Shown one piece after another: positions 1 through 12,472 of a stretch of DNA of 64,000 nucleotides. The notes under the pieces were generated by a model. That model was given only the letters and a program-made list of their open reading frames with translations, made no database searches and had not been told where the DNA came from. The translations under genes were made by a program, and so were the position numbers. Source of the DNA: Podarcis filfolensis (taxonomy: Eukaryota); the NCBI GenBank assembly GCA_964270895.1, contig OZ185438.1; one strand, written 5' to 3'. Every line of letters begins with the position of its first letter. The stretch's first letter is position 1.

Positions 1-248
1 TACCTGGGTATAAGTCCTATTGGACTCAGTAGTGCTATCTGAGTAGACATGTATAGGATTGCACTTGAAATCTTAGTATTAAATGTACATATAGTGAACT
101 TTGACAGCATTGGAAAATATCTGCAAATAGCTGTCCTATCTCCAGCTGTTCTGACTGAATAAAACAGTGTTCTACTGGTTCTGAAAAGAAGAATTCACCT
201 ATTTAATTTTATTCCACATGGAGTGTTCTGCATCTGTGAAGCATAAAA

Positions 249-251
<3 letters not shown>

Positions 252-286
<35 letters not shown>
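252..286. repeat. (GT)n microsatellite
   Basis: Perfect dinucleotide run. Confidence 0.95.
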
Positions 287-287
<1 letters not shown>

Positions 288-477
288 ATATATATGCATG
301 CATGCACACACACAGAGAGAGAAAATTGCATTAGCATGCATTTGGGGCTGTGGAGTGAAACTATTGCCTGAATGCTCTTTCGGTGCATGGATGGAAGTTC
401 AGTTTTGACTGTGATGTATGTAGTCTGGCAAGCAAGGAGAGTGACTTATTTCCCCACCTCCCACCCCTGGTCTTCAG

Positions 478-569
478 ATTCCAGCTGATGCTCCCTGGGA
501 TGCACCACATGCTGCAGAATGGGACAAAATGACAATGAAAGAATTCATTGACAAACACTGCTGGACCAA
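478..569 (+). CDS. MAOA: MAOA-like exon 5 ([30 protein letters not shown])
   Basis: ttcag|ATT...CCAA|gtaggt; 92 nt. Confidence 0.95.
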
Positions 570-3500
570 GTAGGTGATTTGATTCATTTTGAAAGTTTAC
601 CTTAATGTGATACTTCATTCTTTGCTTGCTGCGTGCCATATTCAGGCTACATACATCAAAGCCTTATTCATGTTGCCTCTCTCCTCTAGTCATAGAATAA
701 CCAATCACACATATACAGTGTGGCTAAAGAAATACATTTGGGAGCAGAAAGTAAAAAATGTAGAATATACTTAAAGTGCGGAACATGCTTGACAGATTGA
801 CCTTAAGCATCCATCCTGATTTGCTTGTGCAAAGCTTATGCACAGGTTAGACAATACCTAGTATTTACTGAGCATTCATTCTGATTTCTTTGGTGGGCAG
901 TTATACAACAATGAGAAGTCATTCTGATTTGTTTTCAGGGTGTTCACACTTCTTCCCGGTAAACTTTGGTCCATCTCACACGTTTCAGTGCTTTCCCCAT
1001 CACTTCCATAAACTCTGGTTTTTTAAAGTGCATTCATTGCGTCAATGAATAATAAACATGAATAGTGGAAGATGTATAGAAAACACGTTCCTGATTCTGA
1101 AGGTGAAAGGAGGGGCTTTGGGATATGGTATTATAGTACCCATTACCATTCCCCACAGTTTAATAGGTAGTTCCACTTGTTTCCCCACATCTCAATGTAT
1201 GCAGGCATTGAGAGACAGGAATAGGGAGAACTTTGGTGGACTTCAAGGGAAGACTCCTCACAATGAGGGGTATCTGCACTGCGTGTGGTGGGGCAAAGCC
1301 ACCCTCCTGCCATTGACGTCATTGCTGCTTATCTTGGCAGGGCCATGGTGAGGTTGGGACTACATGGTTGCATTGGCAGAGCTGCTGGATTTGTGACAGT
1401 GCTGCTGCTGCATGCTCCTGGCCTCACTCTAGCCCAACCCTGTCCAGACAAGGAGCCATGACGCCCCAGCCATGCCATGCCCCACCACACACACCAGGAC
1501 TGACGGTTCAAAAGAGATGCTGAAAACCTTTTCAACTACATAAATGATGAGCTTAATGAGGCTCCCTTGGAGGGCAGAGCAAACATCACCACTAAATATG
1601 AAATACAGTTTTCCCCAAAGCAAATATTAATCATTGACTGCAACCATTGATTAAATAAGGCTACAGTCCGTTGAATCCACAGAATTTGTACATACATATT
1701 GCTTTTGTAGACTAACAGCCTAGTTGGGAGCTACCTCAGATCATCAGCTGGCCAATTCTGGTCTAGACCAATATTAATATGCTATCTGCAGTTTTAAGGT
1801 CTTTGCAATTAGCAGAGATTTTGGACAATTTATTTTTAGTGGAAGTGATAACATCAAGGAACGTAATAAAGGCAATAAATTCTGAACAAATCAATAGCAG
1901 TACAAAATTAATGAACAAAGGAGGAACTGTCACTCATTCAAATGATCTTTCCTCATCAGATTAAGAAAACACTTCACTCTCTTCTATTATTATTTATTAG
2001 ATTTCTTACCTATCCTTCACCATAAGGACCCAGGGCAGGTTATAATGGCAGAAACAATAGAGTTTAAAACAAATGAAAACCAAGCATCAATAATAATATT
2101 TTAAAACCATTACATTAATTTACAATTTTCAGGTAGGCCACAATAATACTATTCAGTTATCAAAGCCCTGGATAAATTAGTGCATCTCCAATGTGTGATA
2201 AAAGCCAAATAATGATGCTGCTGGAGGCACACCTCTGTTTGGTTGGAATTCCACAGTTTATGGGCTACTTATATCTCACACTGCCAACCCTCAAGCTTCT
2301 GAGGGTGACAGAACTACCAAGAAGGCCAATTAAATAGAATCTTTGTTTGGTCTCCTAATAATAAAAAACAAAAAATTGTAGAGAAAAGTACTGTTGATAA
2401 TAGCAAATTAATATCAATAGCTCTCAATCTTTGTTGTCTCTACCTCTTCATTGTATAAAGAACCACTAGGGATTTTGCTACACTCTTTGTTGATATCAAC
2501 GTCACTTCGGAGTCACACATGGTCTCTGCTCTCTGGTTCCTGTGGTATGTGAAGCTGTGTGGAGGAACAACCAGAATATTTTCTGTAACCAATGGAGGGC
2601 AGGTATGTGAAATCATACATGGATTCTTCCTTGTGAGAAAAATGTGCTGTTGCATCTTCTCTAACTGATGGAGAAAGAGCATTTGACAAGAACTCAATGT
2701 GCTGGAATAAACAAACAGAAGACCATGCTATTTTGAACATTTAGACTCATGTTGAAATTAGATTAATATTATTTTCTCTCCCATAGTCACACACCCCATA
2801 CTATGGAGGCTTTACTGTACTATTGTGATAATGATCCAATTTAGTTTCTATGGTTACTAGCCAGTTACTGTGTTCTTAAGAATTCTGTATCTCATCACCA
2901 CCACCTCCTGCCCAGAGTCTCTAGTTTAATAAACATGCACCCAAAGTAATAAATATTATTTAAAAAATAAATAAAAATAAATATGCACCCAAAGTACAGT
3001 ACTACTTATTGCCTGACATAATCACAAGGGTCTTTGGGAAGGTCCCTCAATTAGAGCAGAATTTATAAAATTGTTTTTATTATTTCTGAGAACATGAAAG
3101 TAATAAAGAGACACTATTTCAAGGAACACTTTGTCAGGAACACTGGTGTCCCCAGTGAAAGCAATATTTCATAAATGGGAAACTTTATGCTTTCCCTGTG
3201 CTCATATCAATTGTGAATTCTCCTGACCTAGAAATGATAGCAAAAGACTGTCTATTATTATCTCTTTCATAATTATACTAAATGTATTAGAGATACCATA
3301 TCCCATAGAAGAGAACGAATGTGCTTTTGTCCAGATATGGTTCTGGTTCAGGGCTGATGCTAGTAGTCAGCCAGGTCAAGCACATGTTGAAGATGTTTGC
3401 TGATTTTGATTACTTGGGAAATCCAGCTTTCAATGCCTTTTTCTCTCAAGCTTAAATAAAGATGAACTACACCATTTAAAAAAAACAGCCAAAAACATTG

Positions 3501-6500
3501 TTATCTTATTTCTCTGATGGTGCTGGTGTTCCCAGGAGAGGAAGTTTGTCGGGGGTTCTGGACAGATAACAGAGAAGATAATGGCACTACTCAAAGGCAC
3601 TGTGAAACTGGAGAGGCCTGTAATCCACATTGATCACTCAGGTGATAGTGTCATTGTGGAGACACTGAACCATGAGACATATAAGGTAATCCAATAAGAA
3701 TAAAACATAGTATGCATTTAATAGGGGGCACGTCCGCTATAGCTTTTAAGCCAATGTAATCAGCCCCACCCTTGTGTATTACTCTGCTTCTCTCAGTACT
3801 GAGAAAATCTTTGAAATCTATTTTATTGATCTATTTATGAGAGCTTCATCAGCCTCTGACATTTTCCTGTCCTCACTGTCACTTGCTTCCTTCCTTTTAT
3901 ATTTATGTCACTGGACTGCCACTACAGTGCTCACAGCTTTTATCCAGTACAAATGTAAATGTCAGAATGATTGAAGTACTGAGCGAACATCTCTCAAAAG
4001 TGTGTAACATTTCCTCGTACAGATCTGTATGAAAAGCTTATGCCACGATAAATGTTACTCTTTCAACATTTAACAAAGCAGCGTTAGCCTTTAACTGCCA
4101 TGGTTGCTCTTCTGGGATATGCGTCTTATGTTTTCCTGTTTACATTTTACAGAGCAAGTACGTGATTAGTGCCATCCCACCAGCCTTAACCACAAAGATC
4201 CATTTCAAGCCAGAACTACCAACAAAAAGAAACCAGTTAATCCAGCGTATTCCCATGGGCTTTGTTATCAAATGCATGATGTACTACAAAGAAGCCTTTT
4301 GGAAGAAGTCAGGTATGTGTGCTTTAAGAATTGATTCATTTATATCCCACTTTCTGCTTACTAAAACAGAGTAGACTTTGGCCTTTCAAATTTGAGTAGC
4401 ACACTGTGCAAGGTGAAAATCTTGTGCCCCCCACCCACCTCTCACCTTCCATTTTGCTCAGTTCACTATGTCATACTTGTGGTGCCATGTGGCGCCCCCT
4501 AGGCTATCCGTCTAGTGTAGCAGAACCACTTAAAGAGTCACGGACGACTCTGGAGTTGGGGCTCTCATCTTGCTTTACTGGCCGAGGGAGCCAACGTAAA
4601 ACTGTAATAAGGGTGGAGTTAACAAGCATCTAAGTTTCGTCTGATGGGTACACAAGTTGTGTAATCCTGTCAATATGTACAATCACTAGTGTTGATGCAC
4701 TTTCCCTTTCTAACCCATATTAATCACAACATAGATATGCAGTGTATTATCTCAGTAACTGTGTTTAATATAATTATCATTGTATATGACAATGGGAGAC
4801 AGGGAGGCATATCAAAGAATTTTTGAATATTGCAATGAGCAAAAAATGTTTATTGTAAAGAATTTAAGATTAGAAAGTGCATTCCTTGGAAGTTTGAACA
4901 GGAAGATTTATGCAGCACAAGGGTTCTAAATGTGCAATGGCTAACAGGATACTTAATGTTAAAATAAATGTACATTTGTGCCTGGAAATAGTACTCCACA
5001 CTGAGTATTTCTGGTGGCCATTCTATTTTTCCTTTCAGATTTTTGTGGTTGTGCAATGATTTTGGATGAAGAGGCTCCAATTTCAATCACCTTAGATGAT
5101 ACTAAACCTGATGACTCTGTGCCTGCTATTATGGGGTAATGAAGCCTGCATTTATAAATTAGATGCAAAAAATATTGACAGAAAGACTTGTGCAAGACCA
5201 GCTGGTGTGAAGTTATGGAATGTATGCTAGGTAACATTAGAGAACCCTATAGAAAAATGTATTTATGCCTTGCTATTAGTTCCATCATGCATGTCCTGAA
5301 CTCTGTCCTTCATTTCACATACATGCAAACATTATCTTTTAGCACTTGTTGCTGTGCCCACAAATCTCCACATACCACAAGGGAATCTACATCCCATTGC
5401 AGGAATCCAGTATTGAAGTTACCAATAAGTATAAGACTAGTTGCATGTAGCTCTTGCATATTGCTGTTCTTTTTTTTAACATTTTGGTGGCATGTATTTT
5501 TTCCCCAATTGGTACCTTTGTGTATGCAATATTGACATGTACTTTCCTCCCTGTTTAGCTTTATCCTTACAAGAAAGGCATTTAGACTAGCAGATCTTAG
5601 CAAAGAGGAGAGGTAAGAATAAGCAACTGTTCGTATTCTCTAACAATAACTAATTCTTTATCATTGTATATGGGCGTATTTTTAAGATGCAGAAGTCAGA
5701 TTTTTAAGATACATACAATCAAACCTAACTTCATGGTTGTTACGAGATAGCACCTTGGACAAGGTCACCTAACAAGCTGAGCAGCAACTAAAGAGCATGC
5801 TCCAACTCTCTGGAAGAGGCGAAAGTCTGCCATCTTTGTGTATGAACTTCAGTTTAGTACAAAAAATGTAGTCTTTTGAGTAAATACACTCACTGGAAGA
5901 TTTGAGTTCTTCAGTGGTTTTGATAGTTGTTTGAAATCTTATTTTGCTATCCTATTAGTTTCAAAAACCTGATGATTATGGATTTGGGCCCTTTCACATT
6001 TTGTCTGTTCCTTTTTCTTCTTCATGTAGGAAGAGAAAAATCTGTGAACTCTATGCAAAAGTCTTTGGATCAGAAGAAGCTTTACATGTAAGGAAGAAGA
6101 GCATCTAAAATTGGTGGAGTATTAATTATTACAACTTACGGTTTAGCTATATGAACATTTGAGGTCTATGTTCATATTATTATTTGTTTCTTAGGTGAAA
6201 AGGTAATAGATGACAACTATTTTATCCCTTGCCATCTGAATGAAATCCTTAAATGTAAATATCAGGTGATATCCAGTCATATTCAGAGCAGTCCCCTCAG
6301 AATCAATAAGAGAAAAATGCAGAATTGCATGCCACAAATTAGGAGATACAGGTGTGTTAAGTAAATTATCACAATCATTACAGGTGGAATAGGGTATGCG
6401 ATAACAATCTTTTTGAAAATGAATGAAGATTCTTTTATATTATATTATATTAGAATGCAAGACAAAATAAGGTGCCAGAAAACCCCCCTTTTTGTGAAAG

Positions 6501-9500
6501 CATTCTTTTCTCTTTATTTGGAAATATATATTTTACAGCATGTAATTGATTAATGTATTCTTTTGTTTATTTTTCCTTGTAAAGCAAAATACAAATCTAA
6601 CTTGAAAGCAGTGCTTCTGTTATAGGGAAATGTAATTTATCATATGACAGCAATCTTGTTAATGGTTTTGATTAATGTGAATGGTTTTGATTAATGTTTA
6701 TGGGCCTATCTTGTCTCACATGGGTGATTAGCAAAAGAAGCTTGATGGTCTTTAATTATTTAGAATCTCAGAGACAGACAGAGGCAGGTATCTTTGAGGA
6801 ATGTTGTTTGGGGATCTGATGCAGGAAGAACCATGTAGTGATAGTCAACTACCTTTTAATCAGAGTTGCTCCATTGATATTTACGTAGGAACAAAGCTAA
6901 ATTAAGTTTATTAATTTCAATAGGACTACCTATGAGCAAAACTTAGTTGGTAAAACTTACTTTTACTTTGGATCTATGTGGAAGCAACCGTAATCTCAAT
7001 GGCAATCATACCAATCTCTATACATCTAAAGATTATCAGAGCTTGTTTGCCTATCCAAAGGCAACCCTGAGAGGTGGAATTATGCTTTCTTAAAACATGT
7101 TAATCGTTACTCTTAGAACATTGTTTCAGAAGGCAACTGCCATATTCTTTTGTATTGTTGAAACACTATGTTACGAAGCATTGCCTTGTATCCCATCACT
7201 GAAATCTTCAGAGCAGTGACTATTAACGACTGCCCATGGCTTGGATGAAAACAGCTCATATCCACCAAGAGCTGTTCATTCAGCATTGTGGTTCCAATCT
7301 TATGAAATTCCCTTTCAGCTGAGGTCAGGCAGGCCCCCCTCCCCCGTTGAACTTCCAATACCTGTTGAAGACCTTTTTTGTTTTGTTCCAAAAGACATTT
7401 TAACTGAAGCCTGGTTTTATAGTTGTAGCACATTTTTATATTTTCTGTACTGTATTCCTTGTACACATCTTAGAGATGATTATAGTTAAGCAGTATATCA
7501 ATAATTTAAATAAATAAAAATAAGCCAAATCAAAAAAGTTTAGAAAAAAGTAGATTCTGTTCAATACTTATAGGACCAAATTAATGCAGATTTTTCCCAT
7601 TTGCATGAAGACTCTCACTTTTTCCTGGAGGGGGGGATTGCAGGGGGGTGTCACTTCTACAAAGGACCCCACCCCTGGGGTTGAAGAGCATAATCTATGA
7701 GTCCATACCATGAGACTGCAACATGTGAAAACAATGCAAGTTTTGGAAATTAAAGTTCTGGTCCATTATTACCATTTCTTCATAGACATACTGCAAGAAT
7801 AATCATTTCTCTTACCTACCAGTCCTCAAAGCACTCTGCTCTTCGGAGATATGAATCAGGCTTTGTGTTAGAGAAATGCTTGAAAAATCACAGCCTTGGT
7901 CATAGCCAGTAACAGTGAAACCCATCTCAGTCCAAAGTATTGAGTCAGCACTGTGTAGTAGCATAACCTCCTTCTCTGATTTATAAGAATTGTATTCCAT
8001 TTGTAAATTAACACACCTCCCTGTAATCCAGTAATGGAAACCTGGAAAAATATCCAGCATTTACAGTGTAAATTCTGCCATGAATCAATGCCTTAAAAAA
8101 CAAAACAAATAAACTTTGTTTGATTTATTCCTGCAGCCAGTGCATTATGAAGAAAAGAACTGGGGTGCCGAACAATATTCTGGTGGCTGCTATTCAGCCT
8201 ATTTGCCACCAGGCATTATGTGCCAATATGGAAGGTAAAACTAGCTAATAATATACTCTTGTTCGTTGTTGCTAGCAGAAATTTGTTGAACTATAAAACC
8301 TTCTAGATATGAAGCCTGCTACACTTAGGCATACTAATACACTATCCTAGTGAGAAAAATGCCAGAAAACTGAAGCTATTGCCAGCAGGCAAAATAATAA
8401 TATGCTGTAAAGCACTCTGTAAAAGCATAATAATCTATTTTAAGGTTGTAGATAACATGCTCCTGATTTAGGCATCATTGAGGAGAAAAAATTCAATTAC
8501 AGTCATGGGGCTTAACTACAGATTACTAGCAAATATGTGGCTTGGGACCTCTGAAGGAGAAGACAGTTGCGGGGGGCAGGGGGGCAGTTTGGAGATTCCC
8601 ACCCCCGAAATGGCCCACATATTTCCAGTTCCCTTTGTCTGATTCCTATTAATAGATGTTGGATATATTTAAACCTCTGGAACTGGGGATTACTAGTGCT
8701 GAGGCAAAATGGGAAGGCTGCATTTCATACAGCATTTTTGTTTCTTGCAGAACACATCACCCACTCATTCCTTTTTTACTGTGTTAGGTTAGATGGTATG
8801 TCACCATTGGCTAGGCAACTGGACCCAATGTTCTCTCCTCCGGCTCCAGTCACAATTAGCAGAATATTTGGGCTAGAATGTGGACAGAGATTCACATCTG
8901 AATGTTCAACCAAGTCCACATCCTGCAACGATTAGTACTGCATAATTAGACGTGATAATTGGAGGCAGGGCAGAGTCTTGCTGCACAATACAAATTGACA
9001 ATGATGCTGTCAACAGAACAGTCAAGGGTGGCACAGTTGGGAAGCAGAGATGCTTTTCCTTTCCATTTGAAACAATAGCCAATTAGGGTAATGGCGTAAT
9101 CATGAATGGGAGGGGGAAAATGAACAGTGAAGTGGAAGGTTCTGTGAGTTTTCCAAACATTTGCACCTTCCCTGAAACAACTTTCACAGTGTTACTGGCC
9201 ACCACAATCTCTGCCAAGCAGTGCATGAGATTTCAAAGAGGGTCTTGGCACTCAACCAGGGTCTGTGTTCCTTTGGAGAAAATGAGACACAGTGGAGTCT
9301 GCAATGTCTTTGAAATATGATTTATTTACACATGTTTACACATATTTATACCAGATCTGTAACAATAGCAAAAGTTGAACATCATGAATATTTGATGCTA
9401 TTCTGCCTGCTACTGTTCAGTAGCCTAAATCTCTTTGATATCAGTACCTACCAAGTGGGACTTATGTGTTGCAATGTTTGTTTTACAGGGTCATTCGTCA

Positions 9501-11296
9501 GCCAGTAGGTAGGGTCTACTTTGCTGGCACAGAGACAGCTACTCAGTGGAGTGGCTACATGGAAGGTGCAGTGCAAGCTGGAGAGAGAGCTGCCAGAGAG
9601 GTAAAGAGAGCCAGAACTCACTGGGCATCTTCATTAAAGACCTAAATGATATAGCTGTACCAATGAGATTTTGGGTCTTCTTGGTATTCAAATTCAATGT
9701 CACTGTGCTAAAGAGAGAATTCTCAGCAAATCAGAAGGACCAAAGAAGAACAATAGAAACTAACATTCTTTTATAACAATCAGCTGCTAATGAATCCCAG
9801 CTATTATTGTTTAATGTATCCTTGAAATGCCTGAATAAAAGTTTTTATGTACAATAGGATTTTTTCAAACAGAATGCTAATTAAGCCAGAATATACTTGA
9901 ATGGCGTGGAGCAGCTGCTTTAATTTAAACAATAGCTCTTTGTAGTCAAATGTGCACCATTCAGCTATCAAGTAAACCACTTCAGATGGCTCAAACGATA
10001 AAGGTATTAGGTGTTTGTCAGTTAACTTCCTTGTGACATCTGAACCTCTTTTGTAAACATGTTGCGGTATTTTCTGTATAAGCTAGATATTGAGGACTTG
10101 GATCTATGAATCTTCCTAGCTTGCAGTATTTGTGGGAAGTAAACATGGAACCAATTCGTATCTCACCTCATTGTCCTACTGAATTATGAGTTGCCCTTGT
10201 GGTGTGTTTATTTTTCCACATGGTCTGGTTTTGCACCACCAACATACTGGTAATGTTTGAAACTCGGATCATTTGGGATGGTCAGACAATGTGGTGCTTA
10301 CCACATCAGTGGTGTACCTTCTGGGAAGCCAAGAGTTAGCATGGAAGTTAAGTGTATGATCTGTCTCTGATCTTAGATCTGATCTTGCAATGTGGGATTC
10401 TAGTGTGTGGAAACAGTGTCTGAACACCATGTGCGATGCAGGAAATGGCCCTCAGTTGTCTTTATCTCATTTCTGCCTTCATGACTTGCATGGTGATGAA
10501 AAGAATTACTGTTAGTGGGATATCATTTTCTGTCTTCCAGATACTGTGCAGTATGGGAAGGATTTCAAAAAATGAAATTTGGGCGACAGAACCAGAATCA
10601 AAGGCAAGTATGATTTCTCATGCTCTTTTTGTACGGCTGAACCCAACATTTCATTGTCTGGCTTATATGACTGCATCACTATAATTGATTGCCATATTAT
10701 TATGAGGACACCTGATAGAAAAATAGCCATGAACTTAAAATGGAAATCTTGGCCTAGTTTCTAGTGTGTGCATTCAAGGTGGGCATATTTCATTAGCAGA
10801 AGCCCAAACAGCCCTGCATTCTCCCACTGGAAAAATTGCACATAAATAGTTTCCAGTTAGTTAAGTACAGTGGGAAAAGTCATTCCCATGCTTTGCAAGT
10901 CTCTCATTCTGCTCCTCAAACTGCCCATCTCTATCCCATAGTACCTGTCTCTACCTCCTTCTAGTTCCTGATAGTCTTGTAGTCTCACTCATTTGCTTAC
11001 ATACCAGATAGGGGTTCTTCTAGCTTTCATCTAGCAAGAGTTAGTTTCTGGCACCCTGTTTAACTGCATTGTACAGTTGCTTTATTTGTTGTTAAAATTG
11101 CTGTGCTCTAAAAATGACTGCACATTCTACCTAGGATGTCCCAGCTTTCCCAATCACTACCACGTTTTTGGAGAGGAACTTGCCATCTGTCCCAGGCCTC
11201 CTGGGGTTCCTTGGATGTTCTGCTTTCCTCACCTCGCTGGCTGCGGCTGGACTTCTTGCCTATAAAAAGGGACTTATCTTCCGAGAATGCTTCTGA
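478..11296 (+). CDS. MAOA: Amine oxidase [flavin-containing] A-like (MAOA-type), exons 5-15, 5'-partial; 395 aa encoded in window
   Basis: join(478..569,2461..2602,3536..3685,4153..4312,5039..5135,5559..5612,6030..6087,8137..8234,9489..9600,10541..10603,11135..11296). Exons 5-14 are 92/142/150/160/97/54/58/98/112/63 nt, as in vertebrate MAO genes. Frame is continuous. MAOA-diagnostic I180/N181, F208, V210, C323 and I335 are present (human numbering), as are K305, SGGCY C406/Y407, Y444 and a C-terminal hydrophobic anchor. MAO family is certain; one-to-one orthologue versus paralogue is not resolved. Confidence 0.9.
1280..1493. repeat. Short inverted-repeat-bounded element (old MITE-like)
   Basis: 16-bp IR tgcgtgtggtggggca / tgccccaccacacaca (1 mismatch) around a GC-elevated core. 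Confidence 0.4.
2461..2602 (+). CDS. MAOA: MAOA-like exon 6 ([47 protein letters not shown])
   Basis: ataaag|A...CAG|gtatgt; 142 nt. Confidence 0.95.
3536..3685 (+). CDS. MAOA: MAOA-like exon 7 ([50 protein letters not shown])
   Basis: cccag|GAG...AAG|gtaatc; 150 nt. Confidence 0.95.
4153..4312 (+). CDS. MAOA: MAOA-like exon 8 ([53 protein letters not shown])
   Basis: ttacag|AGC...TCAG|gtatgt; 160 nt. Confidence 0.95.
4530..4589 (-). mobile_element. Sauria-type SINE 3' fragment
   Basis: cgactctggagttggggctctcatcttgctttactggccgagggagcc matches the copy at 19.9 kb. Confidence 0.7.
5039..5135 (+). CDS. MAOA: MAOA-like exon 9 ([33 protein letters not shown])
   Basis: tttcag|AT...GG|gtaatg; 97 nt; Ile335 codon at 5086-5088. 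Confidence 0.95.
5559..5612 (+). CDS. MAOA: MAOA-like exon 10 ([18 protein letters not shown])
   Basis: gtttag|C...AG|gtaaga; 54 nt. Confidence 0.93.
6030..6087 (+). CDS. MAOA: MAOA-like exon 11 ([19 protein letters not shown])
   Basis: atgtag|G...CAT|gtaagg; 58 nt. Confidence 0.94.
7265..7410 (+). mobile_element. Old L2 LINE 3' remnant
   Basis: Degenerate match to the L2 ORF2 end (RAFSxVxPxLWNSLP..VRQAPS..F..LLKTFLF pattern) in MAOA intron 11. Confidence 0.5.
8137..8234 (+). CDS. MAOA: MAOA-like exon 12 ([33 protein letters not shown]), FAD-attachment Cys
   Basis: ctgcag|CCA...AG|gtaaaa; 98 nt; SGGCY motif. Confidence 0.95.
9489..9600 (+). CDS. MAOA: MAOA-like exon 13 ([37 protein letters not shown])
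   Basis: ttacag|G...GAG|gtaaag; 112 nt. Confidence 0.95.
10541..10603 (+). CDS. MAOA: MAOA-like exon 14 ([21 protein letters not shown]), GC donor
   Basis: ttccag|ATA...AAG|gcaagt; the conserved 63-nt length requires the GC donor. Confidence 0.88.
11135..11296 (+). CDS. MAOA: MAOA-like exon 15 coding part ([53 protein letters not shown]), mitochondrial tail anchor
   Basis: acctag|GAT...TGA; hydrophobic helix followed by basic residues. Confidence 0.93.
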   Translation, partial: DVPAFPITTTFLERNLPSVPGLLGFLGCSAFLTSLAAAGLLAYKKGLIFRECF

Positions 11297-11533
11297 AGAA
11301 AATGTTTCAATTTCGCCCTTCATGCTGGGTATTGTATTTTTATCGTGGGAACTGTATTTTTATCTGTTGCTTTTATAAGTGGCCTTGAGTGGGTGAGTTT
11401 TACCCATAAAGGTTGCCTATAAATATTTTCAATGAACAAATGTTGTTCTTGGAGATAGGTATCAACACATCAAAAAGAGTTTTAGTGTCCATTTAAAAAT
11501 CAAGTAGTGGTGAAGCAAAAGTTCTATTTTCTA

Positions 11534-11628
11534 GTTCAAGCCCCCTGTTGGGCAAAAGGATCCTGCATAGCTGGGGGTTGGACTAGATGACTCACATGGT
11601 CCCTTCCAACTCCACAATTCTATCATTC
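11534..11628 (+). mobile_element. 3' part of the same tRNA-Lys/CR1-tail SINE, in MAOA 3' UTR
   Basis: gttcaagcccc..ttgggcaaaagga..gggggttggactagatg..gtcccttccaactc..aattctatcattc (CR1 3' end). Confidence 0.75.
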
Positions 11629-11990
11629 CTCACTTACTTTTATTGATTAAAGTCAGTGGCCTTTTATCCCTTATGCCTTTTGAGAACAAGCCAGAACAGA
11701 TACTTTGCACATTTCACAATGCTTTTGGGAAAATTCTGTTTGTCTTAATTTTTTTTTTTTAAATCTCACAGTGAACAAATCAATGTTAAAGGCTTACTCT
11801 AGTGGCTCATTAAACTAGATGTTTATGCTGTCAAGTGCCTGTTGTACTTAGTCTACTGCCATTTAAAATGACAAAACTGTAATTTTGTAAATTTTGCAAC
11901 TGTAAATGTAGTTTCAGCTATTATAAGATATGAGGTTCAGCATGGATTTGACTAAAGAGAAATAACTAGCATTAAGTGCAAAAGCAAGGT

Positions 11991-12042
11991 AATAAAGTTG
12001 GCAAGAGAGATAATTTAGGATTCCCAAGGCTCTATAAATAAA
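11991..12042 (+). promoter_or_regulatory. Candidate MAOA-like polyadenylation signals
   Basis: AATAAA at 11991 and 12037, about 700 nt after the stop; further hexamers near 12260 and 14058, so the site used is unknown. Confidence 0.3.
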
Positions 12043-12332
12043 AGTGAGGTTACGATACGAGATGTGTGTAATTATTTTACATGTATTACTTTACAGAAAA
12101 AGGTATAGAATCCCTCACTATGTTCTGAACACATAAGAAGTTGCTTTGCCATTTTTGAAACAAGAGTAACTTACAAACCCCTTAATTAAAAATAGAAACT
12201 AGGGAAGTAGAGTCACACTTGTGTAGAAAGCTAGACAAAATGTTTCCCTTCTGACACAAACAAATAAAAATAAATCAGCTAAATGAAAATGGGTTGTATT
12301 CTGCTAAGCATCCTTATTTCTCATAACTCTGT

Positions 12333-12472
12333 GGGATAGTTTAAGTTGACAGACAGTGAGTGGAATTAAACTAAGTTTCTCAGAGTAGACCCATTGAAAT
12401 TGATGGGCATGACTGAGTTAGATCCATTACTTTCAGTTGGTCTGTTCTGAGTGAAACTTAGTTGACTATCCC
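12333..12472. mobile_element. Palindromic AT-rich MITE (lizard-type); related copies near 6838-6950 and 54055-54250
   Basis: gggatagt..aactaagttt.ctcagagtagacccattgaaa / tttcagttggtctgttctgagtgaaacttagttgactatccc imperfect hairpin. Confidence 0.65.

Noticed and set aside
6661-6697. 19-bp tandem duplication (also a 13-bp one near 62710)
   Set aside because: Ordinary slippage duplications with no further structure.
11282-11296. Prenylation motif at the MAOA C-terminus (RECF)
   Set aside because: Cys is at -2, so it fits neither CaaX nor CC/CXC.
478-11296. MAOA-like gene as a pseudogene
   Set aside because: No stops or frameshifts in 11 exons, splice sites intact, catalytic residues kept.
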